Source of the DNA: Eledone cirrhosa
Lineage: Eukaryota
DNA length: 64,000 nt
Reading direction: 5' to 3'
Assembly (NCBI GenBank): GCA_964016885.1
Contig: OZ024745.1
Span: 7,502,001 to 7,566,000, forward strand
Shown piece by piece: positions 27,440-41,089 of the stretch. A model generated the notes under the pieces. The model made no database searches, was not told the origin of the DNA, and worked only from the letters and a program-made list of their open reading frames with translations. How positions within the stretch are numbered: the first letter of the stretch is position 1; each line of letters opens with the position of its first letter. A program made the position numbers and the translations under genes.

Positions 27440-27780
27440 TCATCACTATCTTAATGTCCACTTTCCCTGTTAGCAACGGTTAGATGGGTCCACACAGACC
27501 TAGTCTGTACTGAAGTGGGGCTACTGATCTCCCAGGCAGGCCAGAGATCTGTGTCTTATGCACAGTCTCACATTCCAAGTGCAAAGGAGGGGTTGTTATG
27601 TCCTTGACACAACTGAAGGGTTCTCCCAACCCTTTGGTGATATTTCTACTGTTCGATACCCTTCCTATCACTAACCCCTTTACAGTGTGTAGTGGGTGCG
27701 TTGATCGTGTAGATTACCAACACCAGGGGGCTTATCCTGTCATTGAGATGACTGAAGGTCCTCCTAACCCTTTGTCTGGC
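27440..27780 (-). mobile_element. Decayed RTE-tailed SINE/LINE 3' module
   Basis: AATGTCCACTTTCCCTGTTAGCAACGGTTAGATGG tail end and CCTATCACTAACCCCTTTACAG; similar copies near 44330-44720 and 50760-51010. Confidence 0.6.
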
Positions 27781-27871
27781 AAACTCAAGGAATATTTAAT
27801 GGAGGGTGTGCTAAAATATTTGTTAATGTTTAATATCTTCAGCAAGATGAGATGTGAAACATCTGCCATTC

Positions 27872-28056
27872 CTCCCTCCAACATCTACTGCCATATCTCC
27901 AACATCTACTGCCATCCCTCCAACATCTACTGCCATCCCTCCCTCCAACATCTACTGCCATCTCTCCAAAATCTACTGCCATCCCGCCAACATCTACTGT
28001 CATCCCTCCCTCCAACATCTAGTGCCACCCCTCCAACATCTACTGCCATTCCTCCA
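27872..28056. repeat. 20/24-bp minisatellite, ~8 copies
   Basis: Unit CCTCCAACATCTACTGCCAT(C/CCCTC). Confidence 0.92.
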
Positions 28057-29427
28057 CAATTTATATATCTGAGTACCTGGGTTATCAAGTGTTTCAAGCT
28101 ACATGTATCGAACATGTAGCTGGAATGAGAATTGTCTTGACAAGACAGCCAACAACAACAGAAGAAAATCTAAAGGTGTCAAGAAATGTTAGAATAAAAA
28201 TTAGTTTTGGAGATGAAAATGTTGACAGTTGAAGATGGATTTCATGTTAAATGATTGTTTCTATGTTGAATGGAATAACGAGAAAACAAAAATATTTATA
28301 GCAAACAGGAGTATTGTAGTATGATAGTAAAACTACTTCAAAACTATACCACATTTTATGTATATAAAGTAAAGACTCCCTTCGGTCACAAATGGGATTT
28401 GCACCTAGAAATTTGGTTTTATATTAAAAGAAAATGAAACAATTTATAACAAAGACTACAGACAGAAGCTGTAATTTGGTGCAGTCTTCTTGACATTAGA
28501 TGTTTTTATGGTCACTGAGCATGTCAGGTTTCTTTCTGTTCAAAGCACTGTGGTTTCACTGACTGGTGCCAGCTTAACACATCTTTGGTTAATGCTGACA
28601 CAAGTACATCTAAGATGGTCTTTACACACACAAGAGCAATATTACATAGGATGTTGCTTTTATTACCAACCACTTATCTTTAATGTCAGTTGGTGTCTAT
28701 TTTACTCAGCAAGTAAAATGTGCATGGCTTAAGGGCTTCAGTCTGAATACCAATATTTAAATTTATGAGAGGAATATATAGTCAGGGAAAAGTAGCATTA
28801 TGAAGTAACACAGACATTTATAGTAGAATTTAAGAAGAGATTGCAAGACAACAGGAGCAAAAGGAAATAAGGTGAATTGTGCTGACTTTATTGTAGCTAG
28901 GACAACCTCAGAATATTTAAGAACAAAGGTCATTTTAATAATATGAGAAAGAAAACAACAGTGGGATAAATAATATAGTTTCCTGATATAGGTTTGTTAA
29001 AGTATTTGGCCTTTTACTGGATATGATCGAAGATTTTATAGATATTTAAATACTTCCCTTTACAATATCAAACATAACATAATTGAAACAAAGAATACAT
29101 TCTTTTAATTACAATAAAAATAAATATTATCAAAATAGAATAAAACTGCGTCTTTTGAAAACCAACACAAAAAAGAAGAAAAGCTTGGGTGGTAGATAGT
29201 TACTAAGCCTCATTAGAAAGTTGAAGTTAGATTAAAGAAGTATATAGGAGTATTTAAAATGTCTAGAGAATGTGAGATTTAAACATCAAAGGGAAAGTTG
29301 AGGTGTTAGATAATATATGGAAGGGAATGGAAGTAATAGAAAAATAAGACAATTGATCCAGGCAATTGGTTAACCTTTTTGATAACATTCTGCTGAAAAC
29401 TGCCTTTGCTTCTATAAAACAAAACAA

Positions 29428-29897
29428 CTTTAGCATTTAAACCGACTGTACTCGGCCAAAATTCTCTCACCTCTTTCTGTTTAAACCAGCTGTAACTGGC
29501 CGCTCATATTGATGTTACGGTATTGTTCTCAAAATAAATAATATCAATATTTCATAGATTCGATATTATATGAGATAATTATGTGAGGTAAAGTGTTTAC
29601 CACGAAAATATAAATATAGAGTAATGTAAATGCTGAAGGGTTTAAGTTAAAACATTTTAACATATTTTTACCTTTTGAGTTATAAATACCATTTAAATTA
29701 CTCTATATTTACTCTTGTATTTTTGTATTTTTGTGGTAAAGGCTTTATCTTGCATAATATTGAATCTATGAGATTTTGATATTACTTATTTTGAGAACAA
29801 TACCTTAACATCAGTAAAAGTGGCCAGTTACAGCTGGTTTGAACAGAAATAGGTGAGAGAATTCTGGCCGGATATGGCTGGTTTAAATGCTAAAGGG
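29428..29897. mobile_element. Two copies of the TTAA MITE in inverted orientation (~29428-29640 and ~29690-29897)
   Basis: The left arm CTTTAGCATTTAAACC...CAGCTGTAACTGGCC...GTTCTCAAAATAA is the reverse complement of the right arm, which ends TAAAGGG|TTAA. Confidence 0.88.
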
Positions 29898-32824
29898 TTA
29901 ATGAAACTAATCAACAATTTCAATAAATCCTTCCAAACATTTTATTAATTAATTTAAAATTGTGTATTTCATTAGAAATATGGTAAGAAAGGGATAAAAG
30001 TTGACTTTAAAAATTAATTTTGAAAGTAAATTCTGATGATGTAAAATTAGAAAGATGTAGAGAGGGTGAAATAGCACCTGACTTTAAAGACACTTTTGGC
30101 ACCCTAACCCACCTTAATCTACAGGTACGATAGGCAATTTTGTAGCCCTTCATACGAGAGCAGAGGATAACTACTTCCTCATGCTATAAATGCATCTGTG
30201 TACAATTTCCAAGGAATAGCTAGAGGAATATGCTTTTCTCCAGTATTCTGCAACACAAAAGTTGAGAAATCAAATTAATGAAAGTGCCTCATGCACTCAA
30301 CCTGGTAGAAATATAAACCAAATCTCAACAAAATCTCACTATTCACTTGTAAAAAGGAGGACACATTGGAAAATATACCCTGGATATGACAGTTATAGAG
30401 TGAATGCTTTAAATTATGGGCTGAATATTTCAGGAATGATAATTATTCAGAAGTTTTAGAAATGTTATCACATTACAAAAATTGAATGAAGATGAAGTGT
30501 CTTATATAAAAATACTGTTCAACCAACTGGAAAGATGGTAAACATATCCTCATATTGCTACCATGATTATTTTAAAGCTAAATATATGTGTATTATCTTT
30601 TCCCAAACTGGTGCACTAAATAAATTGATTCTTTGACCTTTCCTGATGTGTTATATATAAGTGAAATGTTCTGCATATATTATAAAAGATGTACTAAAAT
30701 ACCAAACTAGGACTATTCTATCACCAACTATAACCACCATATCTTTCACTTTATTTAGAGCAAAATTTCAATGAAATCAATAGAAAATTTAAAAAAAAAC
30801 TTTGCCAAAAATCTAAAATTAGTTTGGGGGGAACAATAAAATGGAAAAGAATAAGAAAATATAGGAAATGGAGCAGTATATATAAAATATATTAATGTGA
30901 TAACTTTCTAAAGCAGATATAGATTATCATTTTTACACTAGCTTCTCCATGCTGGTATGGTTGGATCCCCTTCCTATCACCACTTGACATTATGTACTGG
31001 TGCAGTTCCTTGTGTCTGACTATTTGAAAACAATTCATATAACTCTGGAGAGAGAAAGAGAGTGTGTGTGCGTGTGTGTGTGTGTACACAAACTATTATT
31101 CAACCGTTTGCAATATTCTGCTTTATCTGACAAAGGTGAGTTAGAGACACCAAACAGGATGTTTGCACTGTTTTACTACTATTCCCATCACAGATATACC
31201 TTTGTGTTGGTATCAAGAAAGATTATTATTCTTGGGTAAACACAAAATTTAAGATAAACCAATCCTATGAAATAAACTTTCAAGTCCACTGAAAACATCA
31301 GCCATTAGATTTATGAATTAACCAAGCAGGGTGTGGTTCAGCATTTTAAAAATACCATATCTTTTGATGAACCCTAAAACTGAAAATATGGATTTACAAG
31401 CTAAAAAGAAAGAAAATACAAAATAACCCCCCCCCCCTCCCCCGCCCATTATAATTATTTTACAACTGTTTCTGTTGTTGGCATAGGTTGGATAGGTTGC
31501 CATGGTCCAAAACTGTTCAGCTACCATGCCTTGCTCTTATGTTCAATATTTTAGCATGGTTTCTATGGCTAGATGCTTTATGCCAACCACTTTACAGAGT
31601 GGATGTATGTTTGTGGTACCAACATGAGAGTACATAAAAATAAGGGCTACAATTAGAAATGCCACTTTTATTTTTTTAAGAAAAACCCATTTCAATTGAG
31701 TTGATAGAAACTGTTAGCTTATTACTAGTAACATATAACAAGTTTCCTGTACATAAATTATCTCCCTTTGTATAACATGGCTAAAACAATTTCAAACTAG
31801 ACTTTCCAAGTTTGTTTACAGATTTAATGCTGTTAAAGAATACAATGTTATATATCTGGACACCTCTATAAAAAGCCACCAGTGGGCTGTTAAATAAAAT
31901 GGCACCTATCTTTAAAATTTAAGTGAAAAGCTTTTGTTTATGCTCTTTTTAATTCAGCATAAAAGCAACAGTTGTAATGTAGTGCAACAATTTTCATTGT
32001 GTTAAGCAGTTAAAGGATATGTATGCCCACTTGTTTGTCTCATAGGATTTCTGTGAGGAACTGAAAGCTAAGAAAACATTCTACAGACATTTTCTTTAAT
32101 ACTCAACACAAAGTTAAGTATCTCTGCTAATTATTGATGCCTTTCTGTCATTAGACTAGGATCCCTATAACTCAACCAAGTGGAACTTAATTAAAGTAAT
32201 TCAAGTGGTATATAATCAACTCAGTTGTAATAGTTTGGTTCTGTACTATATACAAAGAGCATTACATTATATAGCAGTTCTGTGCATCAATTCTGTACAG
32301 TGACTAGAAATGGTAAACCTCTATCAGAGTATCTAACCTCTCTCAAAATACTATATATATAAAAGAAACCCAGTCAGAAATGCCTTTTAACTTTTTCCTG
32401 TATGTTTGTTTTAAACCACTTCCACCATCTTGGCTAAAATATAATTAATTTATTGCAGTTAAATATATTTCCTTTTGTATATTGTTGAGATGAGGGGTAG
32501 AGGATGTAAACCAAAATTCATGGGTGGATAAATCGGTTCTTAAAGCTAAAGTTGAATGTTCCTTTCCATCATTCAGTAGACCCCTGTTATCAACATCTAA
32601 CAGTATCAAATAGCCAATATCAAAAACAGGATAGATTCCATTCCTGACCCACAACCAGAATGTCAGCTGTGCTATGTGAAATAAAAAATAAAATAAAGTA
32701 AGGAAATAGTAGATCTGATTTGTTGGGTACCATCCATATTAGATGGTATTAAATAATTTAAAAGTCCTGTACAAATAACAAAAACATTTAAATCAAACCA
32801 AATATCTAAAAACACACAAACAAC

Positions 32825-32886
<62 letters not shown>

Positions 32887-32888
<2 letters not shown>

Positions 32889-33259
32889 AAAGGCACACGA
32901 CCGTGACCTCTGGCGTCACACAGTAATACAGAGTACCCGACCTCCCATGGGTACAAGCTGAAGCATATAGACAATATGCCCCCACACCCCCCACTGTAAG
33001 GTGGTCGTGGAGGTGCCACGGCAAAAAAGCACCCAGCCCACACTGTAAAGTGGACGTGTAGGCGCTACGAAAAAGCACCCAGCACTCACTGTAAATGAGG
33101 TTGGTGTTAGGAAGGGCATCCAGCTGTAGAAATCAAGCCAAATCAGTTCCTGTATGAGCAAGGCATGGTCAGCCGACCAGACACTGCCCACAACAGGATA
33201 ACCCGTCTAACCCATGCTAGTGTGGAAGAACGGACGTAAAATGATGATGATGATGATGA

Positions 33260-33262
<3 letters not shown>
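32887..33262 (+). mobile_element. Young RTE-tailed retroposon copy between two (TA)n runs
   Basis: Nearly identical in part to 63862-63980; ends GGACGTAAAATGATGATG; TA runs at 32831-32885 and 33262-33300. Confidence 0.85.
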
Positions 33263-33302
<40 letters not shown>

Positions 33303-34126
33303 AACTTAATTTCAAAAGTTAAAATACCAAAGTGTGAGAGCAGGAGGAAGAAAGGATGGAAGTAACTAGTTTAAAAAAATACAAGATAAAAGTTAATCCC
33401 AGTTTATCCTAGCAAGCCATTTCAACTCTCATGAAATGGTGTCTGCTAGCAATAAAGATAAGAAACACATAAATGTACAGAATTTCCTTTGAAAGGGGGG
33501 AAAAAAAAGAAAAGAAAAAAAAACCCAACATTTTTTGTATTTTGTTATTAATAAAATAGAGTTTCAAAGAAAGAAAAAGTAGGTTAGTGGAAGAAGGAAG
33601 AGTATAAGGATGACATTGTATAGTTAGATCCAGACAAGCACACACAGGAAATTTAAAATGACTGTGAGATTCTTTAAAAGTTTCATCTAGAGTGTAGACT
33701 AATTATAATTTTTTTTTTAAACTGTTTATTATTGAGGGAAGAGCAGTGCCCATTACTCTTTTCCAAGTTTCTGATACTTGGTAAAAGGGAGGAAGATATC
33801 CCATCCCTCAAATGGAAGATTTGGCCTATACTTACAGAGTGGATTCCACTAGAGGCAATAAAGGGCCAGGTGTTGGTATTAAACTGGGTGACAGTCTACC
33901 ACCAAACTAGGCTAGAGTAGGATTTGAACTCGAAAGGGCCAGATGCTCTAACAATTCAACCAATCCACTTCACAGGACTAGTACTTTATTTCATTACTTG
34001 AAAAGGATACCTCCGTAAAAATTGAACTCAGATAACCAGAAAAAAAAAATAAAGCTAGGAGGAATATATTTTGTTCTTTGCCCTAACACCGTAAATCCAC
34101 AGTTCTAAATTATAGATTTACTATTA

Positions 34127-37100
34127 TATTTACAAGGTAGGGAGTAGATTAGCAACAGTATTGGGTATTTACAAGGTAGGGAGTAGATTAGCAACAGTAT
34201 TGGGTATTTACAAGGTGGTGTGGTTAGCAAGATTATTGGGTATTTACAAGGTGGTGTGGTTAGCAACATTGCTACAGTATCGGGTATTTACAAGGTGGTG
34301 TGGTTAGCAACATTGCTACAGTATTGGGTATTTACAAGGTGGTGTGGTTAGCAACATTGCTACAGTATTGGGTAGTTACAAGATAGTGTGGTTAGCAACA
34401 TTGCTACAGTATTGGGTAGTTACAAGATAGTGTGGTTAGCAACATTGCTACAGTATTGGGTAGTTACAAGGTGGTGTGGTTAGTAACATTGCTACAGTAT
34501 TGGGTATTTACAAGGTGGTGTGGTTAGCAACATTGCTACAGTATTGGATATTTACAAGGTAGTGTGGTTAGCAACATTGTTACAGTATTGGGTATTTACA
34601 AGGTGGTGTGGTTAGCAACATTGCTACAGTATTGGGTATTTACAAGGTGTGGTTAGCAACATTGCTACAGTATTGGATTTTTACAAGGTGGTGTGGTTAG
34701 CAACATTGCTACAGTATTGGGTATTTACAAGGTGGTGTGGTTAGCAACATTGCTACAGTATTGGGTATTTACAAGGTGGTGTGGTTAGCAACATTGCTAC
34801 AGTATTGGATATTTACAAGGTGGTGTGGTTAGCAACATTGCTACAGTATTGGGTATTTACAAGGTGGTGTGGTTAGCAACATTGCTACAGTATTGGATAT
34901 TTACAAGGTGGTGTGGTTAGCAACATTGCTACAGTATTGGGTATTAGTTAGCAACATTGCTACAGTATTGGATATTTACAAGGTGGTGTGGTTAGCAACA
35001 TTGCTACAGTATTGGGTATTAGTTAGCAACATTGCTACAGTATTGGATATTTACAAGGTGGTTAGTTAGCAACATTGCTACAGTATTGGATATTTACAAG
35101 GTGGTGTGGTTAGCAACATTGCTACAGTATTGGATATTTACAAGGTGGTGTGGTTAGCAACATTGCTACAGTATTGGATATTTACAAGGTGGTGTGGTTA
35201 GCAACATTGCTACAGTATTGGATATTTACAAGGTGGTGTGGTTAGCAACATTGCTACAGTATTGGGTATTTACAAGGTGGTGTGGTTAGCAACATTGCTA
35301 CAGTATTGGGTATTTACAAGGTGGTGTGGTTAGCAACATTGCTACAGTATTGGGTATTTACAAGGTGGTGTGGTTAGCAACATTGCTACAGTATTGGGTA
35401 TTTACAAGGTGGTGTGGTTAGCAACATTGCTACAGTATTGGGTATTTACAAGGTGGTGTGGTTAGCAACATTGCTACAGTATTGGATATTTACAAGGTAG
35501 TGTGGTTAGCAACATTGCTACAGTATTGGGTATTTACAAGGTGGTGTGGTTAGCAACATTGCTACAGTATTGGGTATTTACAAGGTGGTGTGGTTAGCAA
35601 CATTGCTACAGTATTGGGTATTTACAAGGTGGTGTGGTTAGCAACATTGCTACAGTATTGGATATTTACAAGGTGGTGTGGTTAGCAACATTGCTACAGT
35701 ATTGGATATTTACAAGGTAGTGTGGTTAGCAACATTGCTACAGTATTGGATATTTACAAGGTGGTGTGGTTAGCAACATTGCTACAGTATTGGATATTTA
35801 CAAGGTGGTGTGGTTAGCAACATTGCTACAGTATTGGATATTTACAAGGTGGTTAGTTAGCAACATTGCTACAGTATTGGATATTTACAAGGTGGTGTGG
35901 TTAGCAACATTGCTACAGTATTGGATATTAGTTAGCAACATTGCTACAGTATTGGATATTTACAAGGTGGTGTGGTTAGCAACATTGCTACAGTATTGGA
36001 TATTTACAAGGTGGTGTGGTTAGCAACATTGCTACAGTATTGGATATTTACAAGGTGGTGTGGTTAGCAACATTGCTACAGTATTGGATATTTACAAGGT
36101 GGTGTGGTTAGCAACATTGCTACAGTATTGGATATTTACAAGGTGGTGTGGTTAGCAACATTGCTACAGTATTGGGTATTTACAAGGTGGTGTGGTTAGC
36201 AACATTGCTACAGTATTGGGTATTTACAAGGTGGTGTGGTTAGCAACATTGCTACAGTATTGGGTATTTACAAGGTGGTGTGGTTAGCAACATTGCTACA
36301 GTATTGGGTATTTACAAGGTGGTGTGGTTAGCAACATTGCTACAGTATTGGGTATTTACAAGGTGGTGTGGTTAGCAACATTGCTACAGTATTGGGTATT
36401 TACAAGGTGGTGTGGTTAGCAACATTGCTACAGTATTGGGTATTTACAAGGTGGTGTGGTTAGCAACATTGCTACAGTATTGGGTATTTACAAGGTGGTG
36501 TGGTTAGCAACATTGCTACAGTATTGGATATTTACAAGGTGGTGTGGTTAGCAACATTGCTACAGTATTGGATATTTACAAGGTGGTGTGGTTAGCAACA
36601 TTGCTACAGTATTGGATATTTACAAGGTGGTGTGGTTAGCAACATTGCTACAGTATTGGATATTTACAAGGTGGTGTGGTTAGCAACATTGCTACAGTAT
36701 TGGATATTTACAAGGTGGTGTGGTTAGCAACATTGCTACAGTATTGGATATTTACAAGGTGGTGTGGTTAGCAACATTGCTACAGTATTGGATATTTACA
36801 AGGTAGTGTGGTTAGCAACATTGCTACAGTATTGGATATTTACAAGGTGGTTAGTTAGCAACATTGCTACAGTATTGGATATTTACAAGGTGGTGTGGTT
36901 AGCAACATTGCTATAGTATTGGATATTTACAAGGTGGTGTGTTAGCAACATTGCTACAGTATTGGATATTTACAAGGTGGTGTGGTTAGCAACATTGCTA
37001 CAGTATTGGATATTTACAAGGTGGTGTTGTTAGCAACATTGCTATAGTATTGGATATTTACAAGGTGGTGTGGTTAGCAACATTGCTACAGTATTGGATA

Positions 37101-39616
37101 TTTACAAGGTGGTGTGGTTAGCAACATTGCTACAGTATTGGATATTTACAAGGTGGTGTGGTTAGCAACATTGCTACAGTATTGGGTATTTACAAGGTGG
37201 TGTGGTTAGCAACATTGCTACAGTATTGGATATTTACAAGGTGGTTAGTTAGCAACATTGCTACAGTATTGGATATTTACAAGGTGGTTAGTTAGCAACA
37301 TTGCTACAGTATTGGATATTTACAAGGTGGTGTGGTTAGCAACATTGCTACAGTATTGGATATTTACAAGGTGGTTAGTTAGCAACATTGCTACAGTATT
37401 GGATATTTACAAGGTGGTGTGGTTAGCAACATTGCTATAGTATTGGATATTTACAAGGTAGTGTGGTTAGCAACATTGCTACAGTATTGGATATTTACAA
37501 GGTGGTGTGGTTAGCAACATTGCTACAGTATTGGATATTTACAAGGTGGTTAGTTAGCAACATTGCTACAGTATTGGATATTTACAAGGTGGTGTGGTTA
37601 GCAACATTGCTATAGTATTGGATATTTACAAGGGGGTGTGGTTAGCAACATTGCTACAGTATTGGATATTTACAAGGTGGTTAGTTAGCAACATTGCTAC
37701 AGTATTGGATATTTACAAGGTGGTGTGGTTAGCAACATTGCTATAGTATTGGATATTTACAAGGTAGTGTGGTTAGCAACATTGCTACAGTATTGGATAT
37801 TTACAAGGTGGTTAGTTAGCAACATTGCTACAGTATTGGATATTTACAAGGTGGTGTGGTTAGCAACATTGCTATAGTATTGGATATTTACAAGGTGGTG
37901 TGGTTAGCAACATTGCTATAGTATTGGATATTTACAAGGTGGTGTGGTTAGCAACATTGCTACAATATTGGATATTTACAAGGTGGTGTTGTTAGCAACA
38001 TTGCTACAGTATTGGATATTTACAAGGTGGTGTGGTTAGCAACATTGCTACAGTATTGGGTATTTACAAGGTGGTGTGGTTAGCAACATTGCTACAGTAT
38101 TGGATATTTACAAGGTGGTGTGGTTAGCAACATTGATACAGTATTGGATATTTACAAGGTGGTGTGGTTAGCAACATTGCTACAGTATTGGGTATTTACA
38201 AGGTGGTGTGGTTAGCAACATTGCTACAGTATTGGGTATTTACAAGGTGGTGTGGTTAGCAACATTGCTACAGTATTGGGTATTTACAAGGTGGTGTGGT
38301 TAGCAACATTGCTACAGTATTGGATATTTACAAGGTGGTGTGGTTAGCAACATTGCTACAGTATTGGATATTTACAAGGTGGTGTGGTTAGCAACATTGC
38401 TACACTATTGGATATTTAGAAGGTAGTGTGGTTAGCAACATTGCTACAGTATTGGGTATTTACAAGGTGGTGTGGTTAGCAACATTGCTACAGTATTGGG
38501 TATTAGTTAGCAACATTGCTACAGAATTGGATATTTACAAGGTAGTGTGGTTAGCAACATTGCTACAGTATTGGATATTTACAAGGTGGTGTGGTTAGCA
38601 ACATTGCTACAGTATTGGATATTTACAAGGTGGTGTTGTTAGCAACATTGCTACAGTATTGGATATTTACAAGGTGGTGTGGTTAGCAACATTGCTACAG
38701 TATTGGATATTTACAAGGTGGTGTGGTTAGCAACATTGCTACAGTATTGGATATTTACAAGGTGGTGTGGTTAGCAACATTGCTACAGTATTGGGTATTT
38801 ACAAGGTGGTGTGGTTAGCAACATTGCTACAGTATTGGATATTTACAAGGTGGTGTGGTTAGCAACATTGCTACAGTATTGGATATTTACAAGGTGGTGT
38901 GGTTAGCAACATTGCTACACTATTGGATATTTAGAAGGTAGTGTGGTTAGCAACATTGCTACAGTATTGGGTATTTACAAGGTGGTGTGGTTAGCAACAT
39001 TGCTACAGTATTGGGTATTAGTTAGCAACATTGCTACAGAATTGGATATTTACAAGGTAGTGTGGTTAGCAACATTGCTACAGTATTGGATATTTACAAG
39101 GTAGTGTGGTTAGCAACATTGCTACAGTATTGGATATTTACAAGGTGGTGTGGTTAGCAACATTGCTACAGTATTGGATATTTACAAGGTGGTGTGGTTA
39201 GCAACATTGCTACAGTATTGGGTATTTACAAGGTGGTGTGGTTAGCAACATTGCTACAGTATTGGATATTTACAAGGTGGTGTGGTTAGCAACATTGCTA
39301 CAGTATTGAGTATTTACAAGGTGGTTAGTTAGCAAGATTGCTACAGTATTGAGTATTTACAAGGTGGTGTGGTTAGCAACATTGCTACAGTATTGGGTAT
39401 TTACAAGGTGGTGTGATTAGCAACATTGCTACAGTATTGGGTATTTACAAGGTGGTGTGGTTAGCAACATTGCTACAATATTGGATATTTACAAGGTGGT
39501 GTGGTTAGCAACATTGCTACAGTATTGGGTATTTACAAGGTGGTGTGGTTAGCAACATTGCTACAATATTGGATATTTACAAGGTGGTGTGGTTAGCAAC
39601 ATTGCTACAGTATTGG
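34127..39616. repeat. Large minisatellite array B: 44-bp unit with occasional 31-bp variants, roughly 125 copies
   Basis: Unit GGTGGTGTGGTTAGCAACATTGCTACAGTATTGG(A/G)TATTTACAA with internal dyad TAGCAA-CA-TTGCTA. Confidence 0.99.
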
Positions 39617-39800
39617 ACACTATTCTTTGAAGTATTTAGTTAGGACGTTCTATGTTCTGAGTTCAAAACCTACGAAGGTCAACATTGTCTTTCATCCTTC
39701 TGACGAGATTAATAAAATAAAATATCTTAAATATTGGGGTTGAAATAACCCCTTCTCCTAAATTTCTGGTATTGAGTCAATGTTAGAAAGAATTATTATA
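39617..39800 (+). mobile_element. Body of a tRNA-like SINE (second family) continuing from the last unit of array B
   Basis: GTTCTGAGTTCAAA...GGTCAACATTGTCTTTCATCCTT...ATAAAATAAAATA matches the copies at 46083, 47243 and 54610. Confidence 0.8.
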
Positions 39801-41089
39801 TTCATATGACAAGAAAACCCCAGCCATTAATAGCTGCCTTATTGATATTAGAATATATAACATGGAAAAGTGGTTTGAACATAAAAAGATAGAGCTTGTT
39901 ATCATACATGGTTTAGTAAAAGATTGCCCTCAAAAGAAAATTACTTCTACTTCAGGATAATATAATATAGCTCAAAGAAATAGCAACTTTAAAATTATTC
40001 ACATGGAACTTATACTAAAGATCTTATTTTGTCATGTTATTTAAACATACACATTCTTCATCTTTCAGTATATACATTTCCACAAACCAAGCTACACTAA
40101 TCCAAATATAGGTATCAGAATGGCTGAAGTGATTCCAAAAACAGTTAAAAAGTCTAGCAGTTCATAGCTGTAGGAAGATATAGTCATTAAAAGGCTTCAA
40201 TTGTCACCATTTACTAGGATCACAGAACTTTAATATTGAAATAGTGGCACTTTACTTCCAGCATCCAGTTATTAGATATGTTTTTATATTTGACAAGAGT
40301 TTATATAATAAGTAATCATCATCATCACCATTTAACATGCTTGAATGTCACATCAGGCTAGGCTGGTCAGGTGACCATGTCTTGATCTTATGCTTCGTTT
40401 TTGGCTTGGTTTACTATGGATGGATGCCCATTCCAATGTGACTTTGGCACTACTGTCATACAGGGTGGACCGGGTACTTTTTGTTGTGAGACCAGCACTA
40501 CTACCTTACAGTGCAGACTGAATACTTTTCCCTGTACAGTACTTTACTCTAGTACTGCAGAGTTTAACAATTTTCTGTTCAGTAGTAAAGATACTATACA
40601 TTTTTGAATAAACAAACCCGTTTTTAGTATTTTCTACTAAATTGTTACAGAATGTTCCGAGTTAAGATTAAGTATCTGTACATTACTGGGTCTAATATTT
40701 CCTTAAATTATAAACCAACTTTTCCATTAGCAATAATTATGTTAACAAAATATTTGCAGAAAACATGGAAAAAGGTTAATTATAAAAAAACTAAATTTAT
40801 AAAACTTTCTTGTATGTCAAACATTTGTTGTTGAAAGACATGAAATCAGATAAACTCTATAATGTTAGGTAATTGATGGAGCAATCATATTTGACAACAT
40901 TAACATTGTAATGTTTCAAGACAGGAAGAACGTGTAGAATCTGAAACTACATCAAGAGGATGTGTGACACTTCAGGTCAATTATTTATAAGTCATATATA
41001 AAATGTGTATTCTGTTGAAAACTGAAATTGAGTTGTTGCAATTTGGAAGTTTCAGTAACCCGACACATGCCTGTTATTATAACAAATTC

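Noticed and set aside
17192-39616. CRISPR-like arrays
   Set aside because: The units are head-to-tail with no unique spacers, there are no cas genes, and the context is eukaryotic.
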